Assembly (NCBI GenBank): GCA_054600435.1
Contig: BAAIJX010000108.1
Span: forward strand, 1-34,173
Length of the DNA: 34,173 bases
Direction of reading: 5' to 3'
DNA from: Neophaeotheca triangularis
Taxonomy: Eukaryota
This document shows, in pieces, positions 1-11,473 of the stretch. Under the pieces are notes generated by a model that did not search any database, had not been told where the DNA came from, and worked only from the letters and a program-made list of their open reading frames with translations. Positions within the stretch are counted from its first letter, which is position 1; each line of letters begins with the position of its first letter. Made by a program: the position numbers and the translations under genes.

Positions 1-7
1 CCGCCCG

Positions 8-90
<83 letters not shown>
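1..90. repeat. Terminal poly-C tract, probably a sequencing/assembly artefact
   Basis: Nearly pure C from 1 to 90 at the window edge; the reverse complement is poly-G, typical of no-signal base calls in two-colour sequencing chemistry. Confidence 0.8.
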
Positions 91-354
91 ATTTTTTGGC
101 CTTTCCTCTTTTTCTAGTTTGGGGTACTGTGAGTGGAGATTATGGGATGGAGAGAGAGCTGGGGGAAAGGTTTGGGCTTCCCAAGGTTTGGTGAAGGGGA
201 AGGGGGTTGCGAGAAGGTATAAGAGGGAGGGAGCAGGCTGAGCTGCTAGTCGTTCGTGGAGATGATGTGGTCGTGACTATTGGTCATCCGCTCTAGGGCT
301 TGGATTTCCAAGTGGCAGAGAGGAGGAAGGGGGTTAGAAGATAGGGGGTTAGAA

Positions 355-426
355 GGCAGAAGGTAGGAGGTAGAAGGTATGAGGGTAGAAGGTAGGAGGT
401 AGAGGGGTGGGAGGATAGAAGATAGG
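355..426. repeat. Degenerate 7-bp tandem repeat (GGTAGAA/GGTAGGA type), about 9-10 units
   Basis: ggcagaa ggtagga ggtagaa ggtatga g ggtagaa ggtagga ggtagag g ggtggga ggataga..., within a purine-rich stretch. Confidence 0.7.
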
Positions 427-985
427 AGGACAGGAAAGCAGGGGGTTAAGAAAGTCAAAAGAAGGTACAGAAAAGGTACCAAGGCAGAAAAGCACGCACT
501 TGTATAGTCGTCCGAGGCCGAAAGCTCGACCGGACTTCACCTAGGGTAAGTAAAGACAATACGGTATAGGGCGACACTGCCATGGGTAGGTGGGTAGATT
601 CCCATGTGGTTGGTATACACACGACTAGCAGCGATATATTCGTGTCGTCAAAGCAGTACAAAATGTTGCGGATTACTTGGATTTGCCGAGCTGTGGTCGT
701 ATTCCGTGGATGTGCTGTGCTAATGGCGGTCGCATTTACGTTGTTTATATATGAACTTCATCGGCCAGCTTGGAAGGAACGACAATCCGCCGCTTCTGAT
801 CCATGGCGGTAGTTATATGGACTGCAGAGAGAATCGTGTCAAGAGATTGATCAAAAGAACGAGAAACTTGCTACAAGCATTAATTAAAACAAGCCTCATG
901 TAGAAAGCAGCAACAAACCCCATTATTGATATTATAACACACGCGCCCCCCATTTACCTACCCTACCTACTAATCCGCTCAATGC

Positions 986-3137
986 TCAATGCTTAACCCA
1001 CCCAGCATCCCTCCGGCCCAACATAACCGCAGACCGTCTCGCAACCCCCGTGTCGACATCTGCCGCTGTCAAATCCCCACACTCGGGCTGTAGCAACTGG
1101 CGCCCAAAAACGTCCGCAACCCAAATCAAAACCCCATTACTCCACCCAAAACCCTCGACGACCTCGTACTCCCCGCCACCACCTGCGGCATTGGTGGTGG
1201 TGGAGTTGTACTTTTCGAAAATCGTGCCGGAATTGTCGGGAGAGGAGCCGGGGAGTTGGGAGAGGGAAGGGGTGGAGCCGCCTGTGACTCGCCAGGTGCA
1301 GAAGAGGGAGTCGGTGTAGCGTTGGGCCAGGCGGAGGGCGAGGGATTGGGTGTGCTGGTAGGAGGGGTCTGAGGGGCCGAAGGTGGGGGGGACATTCAGC
1401 AGGCCGGAGATGAGGATGTATTGGAGAGGCGGCCAGACCTAGATAAGGGGTTAGAACTTGGTGGGTTTTGATGGGGGAGGGCGACCGGTTGGACTGATAA
1501 CTAAGGGGTTTGGGTGAATTGACTTACGTTCGGCTCATCCCACTGCTCTCCCGTTTCGAGGTTCGAAGCTGGGATCGCGCCGTCGGATCTATCGAGCTGG
1601 TTCTCCACTCGCTCGTAAACGCGAGCGACGGCTAGAGGGTTGTGTTTGAGAAACTCCGGCGCGGCGCCCGTCCAGAAAGGATAGAATTGAGAAGCGTAGA
1701 AAGCGACCTGCAAGCCCTCGGGAGCGTTGGCGGTCTCGGCCTCGGAAGCATTCTCATCGACCGGGATGTACAGGTTCTTGGCTGAGGAGGTGAGGTTGTA
1801 GTCGAAGTAGGCGAAATTGCCTTCGTCCCACATGACAGCGTACATGGCTTCGCTGCGGCGGGCGGCAATTTCGGTCCAAGCTGCGCAGCCGGTGGCGTTG
1901 CCCGTGCGGGCGAGGAAGTCGGCGATGGTGATTTCGTTGTAGTAGAGGATGGAGTTGAGGTCGACGGGGACGATTTGCGCCGTGTTGAGGGAGCGTAGCG
2001 GGAAGAAGACGTCGTTGACGGCGTCGGAAGGGTTGGCTGTCCAGCGTGAGACGTAGTCCCAGCCGCTTTCGGCGCCAGAAGCTAGGTTTGAGTAGAGTTG
2101 CTCGCGCTCAGTCTCCGTGAGAGGCGTGTTGACTGGGTAGATGATGCCGGATTCGGCGTAGTAAGACTCATTGGTCGCCGTCACGTAGTCTTCGTAGTAG
2201 CTTTCGGGGCGAGGTTGGGTGTTGGATACCGCATAGTGGTTGAGGGAATAAGTCGCATTGTCCACTTGAACCTCCACCGTGCGGTTGGTCATGAAAAAAT
2301 CGTGCTCTTTGATCAGGATCGGGATGGCGCGGTCCAGAATAGACGTGTCGTTGGTGTATTCGACATACGCCCTGACCATTTGCGTGAGAACCGGCGGCTG
2401 AGAGCGATTGAGGTAGTAGCGTCGAAGGCCATTCGGCAAGAAGCCATACTCCTCAATAACATCGAGGAAGTTTTCAATAATGTTTTTCGAAATCTCGGTA
2501 AAAGACCCCTGCGTCCTCAATAAACCCTCGATAATCCAGAACGAGTCCCAATAGTAAGCTTCACGGAACCTACCACCGGCAACCACAAAAGTCCTGTTGA
2601 CGGGGATGAAGGATGAAACACAGCCGGAGCAGTTGCCAGCGCCGACGTACTCCCTGGTCAAGTCTGGCCAGATGTCAATGACTTGTTCAACGAAGCTTCG
2701 CAGGACATCGCTCTCGACATGTTCGAGGAAAACGGGGTTTGTCTCGAGCTCGTCGGTAGGAATGGCAGCGAGTTCCGACCCAGCTTGTCCGAAGTAGGTG
2801 CTCAAGAAGTCGTTGAGCTCGGTGTTGTTGGAGAGGGGTTTCTCAAGTTGGTTGAAAGCAGCGATAACCTCGTCAAGGGGTCGAATGGTTGGGCTGGAGT
2901 TTCAAGTTGGTTAGCTGGGAGAGTACTTGACACTGGCTTGCATGTCTGAACTGACAGATCTACAAAAGTCTTTGAATCCTCAAAAGGCCTAGCGAGCTGA
3001 ATCTCCCTCAAGATCTCGCCTTGACAGTAGATGGGAGAGTCGCAAGGCGCGATGACGGAACCGTTGATGTAGAGCTGAGCCGAAGCCAACTGGAATGGCA
3101 GAGCCAGGAGAAGGAAAGAGCTCGTTGTCGACCACAT
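986..3137 (-). CDS. Secreted alpha,alpha-trehalase, glycoside hydrolase family 37 (about 666 aa)
   Basis: Exons 3137-2956, 2893-1528, 1438-986; introns 2955-2894 (GTCAGT..CTAAC..CAG) and 1527-1439 (GTAAGT..CTAAC..TAG). Signal peptide MWSTTSSFLLLALPFQLASA. GH37 motifs DSKTFVD, GGRFREAYYWDS, YYLNRSQPP, PRPESY, AESGWD, VDLNS, EQWDEPNVWPPLQ, FEKY and GGGGEYEVVEGFGWSNG. Confidence 0.95.
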
Positions 3138-3177
3138 GGCTGGAAGTAGTACCTTGGTGACTACGAACCTACCGATA

Positions 3178-3202
3178 CAATACCAACAATACCAACAATA
3201 CC
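3178..3202. repeat. 9-bp tandem repeat (CAATACCAA)x2.8 just upstream of the trehalase start codon
   Basis: caataccaa caataccaa caatacc. Confidence 0.6.
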
Positions 3203-3847
3203 TTGGTTGAGGGTTTTGTTAAGGAGGATGCGCGGGATTTCACTCATTACCTTAACTTATACTTGTGTCTACTGGACAGCGCTGAGTTCAAAAGCTGATG
3301 ACATCCGTGGCGTGTCACTGAAGGCTGGGGAGACTCCAGAAAACAGTACCTCCCCCACACAAACAACCCCGCCTTTTGCATTGGCGACGTGATGCTGCTA
3401 ACCAGATCCATGCCTTGCGAACCGACTGTGCAGTCGCCTTTTGCTTGTTTTGTAAGACCAATGTCACCCAATAAGCAAGGCTGCCGTGTGGTGCCGTTGA
3501 TGCTATGTACCTATCGGACCGGATGGGCCAGCCACAGCTGTGAATCGAATGGGAAACAATGGTCCGAAGCTTGTGAGGATAGCCACCCAGCCAGCGGTAT
3601 TCGAGAGTAGGCTAGCATTGCCGATGGGCGGCAGCGTCGTGACTACGAGTACATAATCTGATGGCAGCGCAAAGAAGTCCACGCTCTTGCATACTCCTAC
3701 ATACGGAAATCACCAATAACTCCCTCTTGCCATGGCGTGTCATTCTTTCCTAAACTACGCCTTAATCCAAATTTTCGGAACGCCAAAACCCATATTCGCT
3801 CTCTGTGAAGACGGTGGTGATGCTATGGTAGTAGGATAAGCATATCC

Positions 3848-5153
3848 CTAGTTCGCTTTCTCCTGAGCCTCAACAGCCGCCGCAGTGAGCTGCGCGTGGG
3901 CCTCCTTCAAAGTAGAAGCGAGTCTCTCACCACCGATGAAGTAGGTCTCGGCAACGATGAGGTGTAGACCGACGAAAGCGACAGCGAGTTGGATCATGAC
4001 CATCTTGACGTAAAGCTTGATCAGGCGCAGTCTAGCGGGCTTATCAAAGGATCGCCAGGCTTCGATAAAGAGGCTCTTGCTGGCGCCGCGTTGAGTTAGG
4101 TCGATGTCGCCGACGATCGCTTGACGGTCAAAGGGGACAATGGTCTGTTGGTCCTCTGGGAGGAGAGTGGCTTCAATGCGGGTGAGGGTGACAGCGGCTG
4201 GTAGGAGCACGGCGAGTGCTACGATCATAGCAGTCGCCGGAACAGCCAAGAAGCGGAGAGCAAGAAGTCCCATATGGCAGCCTCCGTTGCCGTGTGTCTG
4301 GTGGAGGGACTCGTTGTCGATGTTGGGAAGGCCAAGAGCGAACGCGACGGCGATAGGCAAGATGATGGTGGCTTGCTGGGCGGTCGCGTAAACGAGGGAT
4401 GGGAGGAGAAGGGCCTTGCATTGCTTGCGGGGGACAATCCTCTTGTACCAGGGCTGGGAAGTCGGGGCAGCAATCATGGCGTGAGTCCAAGCCATGTGGA
4501 AGCGGCTGAGACCGACGGAGACCATAATGTAAGATAGAGCACCGCCGATAACGCCCATGCCGAAGAAAGCGGCTAGCAGGTTGCTGATGGCGCCGTGCAC
4601 CATGTGGTAGGCAATGGAGAAGCCTAGACCCCTCCAGCGAGCGGTGAAGCCTCCGACGCGATGCAAGTGTTGCATGGTAGTCCTAATCTTGCCAGTGATG
4701 GGCTTGTTCGCGACAACGGTGATTTCGACATCGACGTCAGCTTCAGCCTCGGATGGCATAAGAGGTTCCTTTTCAACCGGCGCATCGGGTTCATCGGCGT
4801 ACGTGGGTGGGGCAGATTTGGAATCGATAAAGGCGGTGTTGGTGGGCGATTCGATCATGGCGAGGGAGGCGATGACTTCGCTGAAGGTGTACTTGATCTG
4901 AAGGTGGGATGTTAGTTTGGGGTAGCTTGGATGCGCAGTCGTTGTAGCCGCCTACCGAAGCCAAGATGACCATGAAGATGGCGCCGGTGAGCATGATGGG
5001 CCATATCTCTTGCATCTTGATGTCGATGTTGTTATTGGCGTTGTCCTGTAGGGAGTCGATGTGCTCTTCGCTGATGCCTGAGAGGTGCTTCTGAGCCGTC
5101 TCGACACCTCGTCGCATGAGATGGCCCATGGCATTTCCTTGGATGCCAGACAT
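3848..5153 (-). CDS. Conserved fungal multi-pass membrane protein of unknown function (about 415 aa)
   Basis: Exons 5153-4956 and 4897-3848; intron 4955-4898 (GTAGGC..CTAAC..CAG) joins MVILAS|IKYTFSEVIASLAMIESP in frame. Several hydrophobic helices. KPITGKIRTTMQHL..GGFTARWRGL and LTRIEATLLPEDQQTIVPFD resemble a Pezizomycotina family I recall. Confidence 0.85.
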
Positions 5154-5456
5154 GATGGCGGTTGTGTTGATGTTCAAAATGGAACTAGTAGTGAGATACA
5201 AATGAGACTAGAAGGAGTGGGTAAGAAGGGGAGAGGAGGGTAGAAGAGGTAGAGGTGAGTTGAGGTAGTTGTAGGCTGTCGTTTGTTGGCGGATGTGACG
5301 GGACGGCCAGCGAGGCTGAGGTCGGGCAGCTTGGAAAGTGAACGTCACTGCCTGCTTGGAATTCATGCGACCGACGACGGGAGAATAGTGGTTGCCTGGA
5401 GGAATCCGAAAGCGAGACGGGACGCTGGCTTCGCCACTCACAGTCTCACATCACAA

Positions 5457-5481
5457 GAGACGAGACGAGACGAGACGAGAC
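5457..5481. repeat. Microsatellite (GAGAC)5
   Basis: Five perfect GAGAC units in the divergent intergenic region. Confidence 0.85.
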
Positions 5482-5897
5482 GAAACAAAGAAGCCTTCTT
5501 CACCGGTATCACCTATTTTTGGTGACAATTATATACAGCCCTTGATACCCAGCCGGCCTTTGTACATGATATGCATCTTTCGTAACTAATGTCAACGTAC
5601 CTTGCGATTCTCTCGATCCTCATCACTACAAACCAACGACGACGGTGGGGCATCAGACATGCCGCATCCCGGCCGATATCGTACGTTAGGTAGACTATCG
5701 GATAGACTATCGGCTCACAGCTAGTAGGTGGTAATGCAATGTCCTATCTCCCCTTTACATGTGCATTCGATACCGTCTCTCCAACCATTCTCTTTGCCCC
5801 AACATTATATTACTCGAACGAGAGGACCACCTGTAGTATATACGGTAGGACCCTCTGACCGTACATGTCCAGAGCAAAAATAGCATCCCGAGCAGCC

Positions 5898-7001
5898 ATG
5901 GACAACACCCCACCACCGGACGTCGTAGTAGTTGGCGCAGGCATCGTCGGACTAACGAGCGCGCTATGTCTAAGTCGAGCTGGCTACAAGGTCGCTGTAG
6001 TGGCTCGTGAGTTTCCAGGCGATCAAACGACGAACTGGGCAAGTCCTTGGTAAGATGGCTCGACTTTCTTCTTGTCTCTGCCTAACACCTCCTCAAGGGC
6101 AGGAGCGGCCATCATGCCTCAACCGACGGAAGATGAACGAGAAATTCGCATGCAAAAAGCCTCTTTCCGTCAATGGGGTGCTTTGGCGGCGCAAGGGCCT
6201 GAAACTGGAGTACACAGAGTCACAGCAACCGAATACTGGGACGACCGTCCCCAACCCACCCAAGCACCCTGGTACTCGACCTACCTCCCGGCCTTCCGCG
6301 CCCTCTCCCCCTCCGAACTCCCCAAAGGCACCCTCAGCGGCAACACCTTCAAAGCCTACACCATCGATCCATCCCTAACCCTCCCCTACCTCCACCACCA
6401 ACTCCAGACCCATCACTCCATCCTCTTCCACCAGCAAACCCTCCCCTCGCTCTCCATAATCCGTGAACAATTTCCCAAAACCCCCCTCATCATCAACGCC
6501 AGCGGCCTCGGCGCCGCGACTCTCGCCCACGACCCCCACGTCCATGCAATCCGCGGCCAAACCATCCTCCTCAACTGCGCGTCCACACCGCAAACCGCGG
6601 CTCTGGCCAGTGAAATCCACTTCCGCCGCGGCAACGAGTACACCTACTTCATCCCACGCCGCTACCACGTCGACTCCGCCATCCTGGGCGGCATAGAGGA
6701 CCCGGGCAACTTCTCCACCACCGCTGACCCAGAAGTACGCCGGGATATCCTAAACCGCGTCCACGTCATGACCAAGGGGTTTTTGGGGGCTGTGGATTTG
6801 CAGAGGGATGTTATCTGTGATGTCGTGGGTTTCAGACCTGGGAGGGAAGGGGGTTATAGGGTTGAGAGGGTGGGTGAGGTGGTGCATGTTTATGGATTCG
6901 GTGGGGCGGGGTATAGGTATAGTTTTGGGGCGGCGGAGGAGGTTGTGAGGTTGGCTGGCGGGTTGAGGGTGCCCGGAGGGACGGTGCGGGCTAAGTTGTG
7001 A
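5898..7001 (+). CDS. D-amino-acid oxidase family FAD oxidoreductase, peroxisomal (about 351 aa)
   Basis: Exons 5898-6049 and 6098-7001; intron 6050-6097 (GTAAGA..CTAAC..AAG) restores WASPWAGA. FAD motif [10 protein letters not shown]; also [20 protein letters not shown] and [11 protein letters not shown]-terminal PTS1 -AKL. An in-frame ATG at 5865 is an alternative start. Confidence 0.92.
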
Positions 7002-8314
7002 TTTTGAATCAAGGGGTTATTGTTAGCTTGGGCTAGAGTATGTTCTTAGTGCTCGGTCATGGTTATGAGCATGGGTGCTTCTCTCTCTACTCGTCTAATC
7101 TAGTAAATCTCATGGGATCCATGGCCTGCGCGGGGTTCTCATTTCAAACTCTCATCCATGTGTTGTCGCGATCCTCCAAGGCACCACTACGCTTTCCTGC
7201 ATCATCTGCCCCTTATGATTAAGTCAACCGCAATCATGTCGCCACCGGAGCTGTCCCCTGGAGTCGGGTGCCAGGTCGCGAGGAAGTCGGGTTAGCGAGT
7301 CAAAGCCCCCGCATAAACGCGCTCGCACCCTGCTTCCACCGCCATCCGATGAGGCCTGGTTTTGGAGGGGTCGCGTAGCAGGGCGCAGCGGTTGCTGCGC
7401 ATATTCACTAGTATATAGCCACAGTATTATAGAGTACCTCTTGGGTATTAAAACGGGGGCTTGAATACTCCTGTCGACATCTCTAGGGCTTACTTCTTGA
7501 ACTCATACGCTTTCAAAGCTGGTCGGACTTGACGTGCTCGTGGATGAGGTGTGGAGCCTAGATGCGCTCCAGGGCGCCTAATGACTGATGTATCGAGTAC
7601 AGGTACGGGCTGATGCCTCACACGAATGTTTCTAACAGCACATACCTATATAGTGCGTGCTTATCAACCAACGGACACAGACGTCGACTCTAAACTTCCA
7701 TTGACAATGGTCTCGCTCTCCCCGCCGACTTTTATAGACGTCACACGTGGGCATGGTCTTGACGGCAAGGCATCCCGACGGCTAAGCACGATGCCCGTTG
7801 GCCTTCTCAAACTCTCGCCCTACCGTAATTGCGCCAAATTATTAGCTATATCGAACGATACCTCGAACGGTTGTTGCCCCGAACTTCTTGAACGTGTTAC
7901 GTACGTCGGAATCTATACGGCGATAACCACAATCTGCCATGGTCCATGGAAGAAGGCGAACTAGCGAGTCGTTTTTGGCTGTAGAGAATTTCATTACTTA
8001 AGGTACCTCTCACTAACTTAGTAGTTACTTAGGTATATATATCGCTACGTAAACCACAACACCTGAACCCACCAACTTCCACATTATTAGCCTCATGACG
8101 CTTATGCATCTGCCCGGCAGGGTCTAGAGAAGATTGGCTCGGATGCCGTCCGTTCTGCTTGCCGAAGCCTCGTCCCCGCTTCTCCAAAATGGGGCCGCCT
8201 TCATTTCATCGTTAACGTTGTAAATTGCAGCACTTTCAACTTCCAAGTTCCAACCCGCTCAAGGAGAACATTCCCACAACTTGAATATCCCACCCGGAAT
8301 CATGGGCCTAGCTT

Positions 8315-8326
8315 CTCCACGCGGGG
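8315..8326. promoter_or_regulatory. Abutting inverted pair of CreA/Cre1 (SYGGRG) sites upstream of the arabinanase
   Basis: CTCCAC (GTGGAG on -) directly followed by GCGGGG, about 285 bp before the ATG; TATA-like TATAAG at 8527. Confidence 0.45.
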
Positions 8327-8605
8327 TTCTCGTGTTCTCGCCCTACTCGGCTACTTCCAAAGAGGGTTTAGTATTATTACCCGGCCGGACTCTTTGCTTC
8401 CTCAATGGCGCGGGACATGTCATGACAAGGACTCCCGAGTTCTTGCACTGGTTTAATGCAGCATGATGTGCACTTACCTCTTGTACGCTCCACATGTACA
8501 GGCTGCCGACGGCATTGGAGTCTTGCTATAAGAGAAGACGATCCCCTCTGACAGTCCTTGAGGTCTCTGAGTTACTTACAGTAGGTCACTCACTCTTCAC
8601 CCATC

Positions 8606-9997
8606 ATGCCTTTCACCACTACTAGCCTCACGGCTCTCGCCTTTGGCCTTTCCACCCTCATCGCCCCTTCTGTCGCCGCTCCTCAAGGTTGCAAAGCACA
8701 CTACGACTCCCCCAACAAGGGCGGTCACCACAAGGGTGGCAAAGGCGGACATGGAGGCGCGAAACCGCCCCCTGGCCACTACGACCCCTTTTCCAGCGCA
8801 CACTGGCCCATGCCTCGTAAAATTACAGGACAAGATCTTACCAGCGACCCAGACGCGTGGCATGATGGACATGGTGGTGTTCACCTTCACGACCCCAGTG
8901 TTGTACTAGGTCCGGATGGGCATTATTATTCGTTTTCCTCTCACGGCTTGGGCGTCACTTCGCGTGCCTCCGAAGAGAACAGTCTGGATGGTGATTGGGA
9001 GGTTGTTGGTCAGGTTTTGACAGCTCCTGGCAGTATCGATGACCCCACCGATGTACCGCGTTTATGGTGGGTGACGGCAGTCAATCTACGCAATCGGTTT
9101 TTTTTTTTTTTTTTTTTTTTACTAACGATTTATCGCAGGGCCCCCGACGTCCACCGCGTCGGCGACACCTACTACTGCTACTACACCATCTCCAGCTTCG
9201 GCGTGTCCGACTCCTTCATCGGCCTCGCAACCTCGCAAACCCTCCAAAATGGCTCTTGGACCGACCTTGGCGAAGTAATCCGCTCTGGCAACGGCAGCAC
9301 CGTCGAGTACCCCCTCACAATCACAAACGCCATCGACGCCGCCCTCCTCCACGACCCCGTTACTGAAACCTCCTACCTCACCTACGGCTCTTGGTGGGCC
9401 AACATCTGGCAGTTCATCCTGAATGAAGACATGCAATCCGTCGACATGGACTCTGCCGTCCAGCTCTCCTACACTTTCGACGGCGACCTCTCCAAAGAAG
9501 AAGCCTTTGCCACTTTCAACCAATCCTGGGGTGGCAACTCCGCCGAAGAAGGCGCCTACCTCTCCCACAACGAGGAGCAAGGCTACTACTACCTCTGGTA
9601 CAGCGCAGGCACCTGCTGCGGCTACGATCCCGAGAACTTGCCCCCGGCTGGCACCGAATACAGCGTCCGCGTCGGCCGGTCCGAGTCCCCCCGTGGTCCC
9701 TTTGTCGACCGCGAAGGCGTCGATTTGGCCGAAGGCGGTGGCTCGCTGGTCTACGGCAGCCGTCCGGGCGTCTATGGCCCCGGTGGGCAGGCTGTGCTTT
9801 CCAACTACCGCGGGAGAGATGTTTTGTGAGTTTTTACCCGAAATTTCACCGCCGGCTTGGGTTTTGCTGACTTGAGAATCAGGTACTACCACTACGTTGA
9901 CACCGAATTCGACCCGACTTACAATGATTTGTTGAAATTTCTGGGCTGGAACTTCATCGACTATGTTGAGGGATGGCCGGTTTTGACTGATGAGTAG
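8606..9997 (+). CDS. Secreted endo-1,5-alpha-L-arabinanase, glycoside hydrolase family 43 (about 420 aa)
   Basis: Exons 8606-9066, 9139-9825, 9883-9997; introns 9067-9138 (GTGGGT..T23..CTAAC..CAG) and 9826-9882 (GTGAGT..CTGAC..CAG). Signal peptide. GH43 motifs HDPS, WAPDV (after splicing), NAIDA, EGAYL, YYYLWYSAGTCC, VGRS..PRGPFVD, YGPGGQ, LYYHY and GWP. Confidence 0.93.
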
Positions 9998-11473
9998 AGT
10001 TCTTGTTTGGGAGGATGGCTTGAAATGGGCAGGAAAAGGGGGTTACCTAGTTTTGATACGTTATGACAATGTTGATGAAGTCGAGTTGATGTTAGGTGTT
10101 GTCGACAACCTTTACTCGGATGTATCATGGGGGGAATGGTAAGTCGTTGCTTCTTTTCCTATCTCCAATCAGTTCTATCGAGGCAAGCTGTTATGGTTAT
10201 TGTCGTGCACATGGCACCCAGGGCATCGTCGCTCAAGGGCTTGTAAACTGCCCAGTATCTCTTAATTTCCGTCCGCAAGCCCATCAAGCAACTGTCTAAC
10301 TTCGCCCAACGAGGTGCGATCCAATCGTGCTATAATAACCTTGATCTGCCCAGTGGAAGAAGCCAGAGCCGTCGCCCCGTCGAACCCATTCTCCGCCATG
10401 ATTACTCGTGTGGAAGGGTATACAAGTACACTGCGACGCAGTGGTGCCAGTGCCGGAGGCTCCAGATTCCTCTTGTACCTTACATCAGAACCTCGCAGGC
10501 CAATCTACAATGCCCGTCCACTGCCATGGAGCCGAACCACTGGAGGACAGTCGCCGCCGGGTGGTGCGATCTCTGGTCTTGGTATTGTAGCGGTACTTTA
10601 CCTTTCACATGACAGCTTTTAATGTATGAGGCAGGCGATACTTTTGCCACTCGGGTTTGGGAGGTGAGGTCAGCCGTGAGTATAATGAATGAGGTACTCC
10701 CATTCCTCGGCTGGCTTATCTTGATCCCGTGCTGGCAACACCAACTCGTACAAAGGCCGCCGAGAACACTGTCCGCAAGGAGCTAGAGGCCGCGAAAAGT
10801 GAGCGTCGTACAAAGGCCCCCAAGTACAAAGAAGTCGCAACTCTCCATGACAGCTCTAGTGATGCCCACGATGTTGGCCATTGACACGCCCGCGCCCGTT
10901 GACTGATGACTCTTAGACGGATTCAGACTGTCGTGGTTTTGAGATTTCCCCCTTATTTAATGGCCTCTCTGGGGACTTGCGTTCAGGAAATATAAACATC
11001 CGTGGGATGCACTTCCTTGAAGCCTGTCAAGCTAGCCCCGAAGCAGTTCAAGTCTCACGGCTCTGTTATATAGCAGGACCATTGGAGGCCATCAAGACAT
11101 GATCGTTTCGGCTTCCGCTTGCATGGAAATCATACAGATCCCCCGCCTATCATGGGACAAGGTCACTTCGTCCCGACTGCTAATTCCATTAGAGTAACCA
11201 GGACATTTATCTCGCTGCTTGGTTCCACGAATCCAAAAACATCGGTTCCCGCCAGGCAACACGTTGCTCTGAAAACGAAACGCATATCTACGACGTTCCG
11301 ACGCTTCAAGTATCAAGCGCATGAAAAGGTAGGCTACAATGTGTGCCATATGAACCGGTTGCACTCGTCATACCCTGGATGCATTCTATAGGCAAGACAC
11401 GAAAGTAATACATAGCGCATACAGTCTCTCCAACTTAACGCAATCGCCCCACACTACCAACCTCTCCGACAGT

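Noticed and set aside
1..90. Poly-C as a telomere or functional element
   Set aside because: No TTAGGG/CCCTAA units; it sits at the contig edge and is mirrored by poly-G at the other end, which fits a sequencing artefact.
7400..8050. TpA-rich patches as a RIP-mutated transposon relic
   Set aside because: The patches are only tens of bases long, with no terminal repeats or transposase/RT similarity.
9098..9120. Poly-Phe stretch in the 407-aa ORF
   Set aside because: It is the T23 tract inside intron 9067-9138; splicing restores the GH43 WAPD motif.
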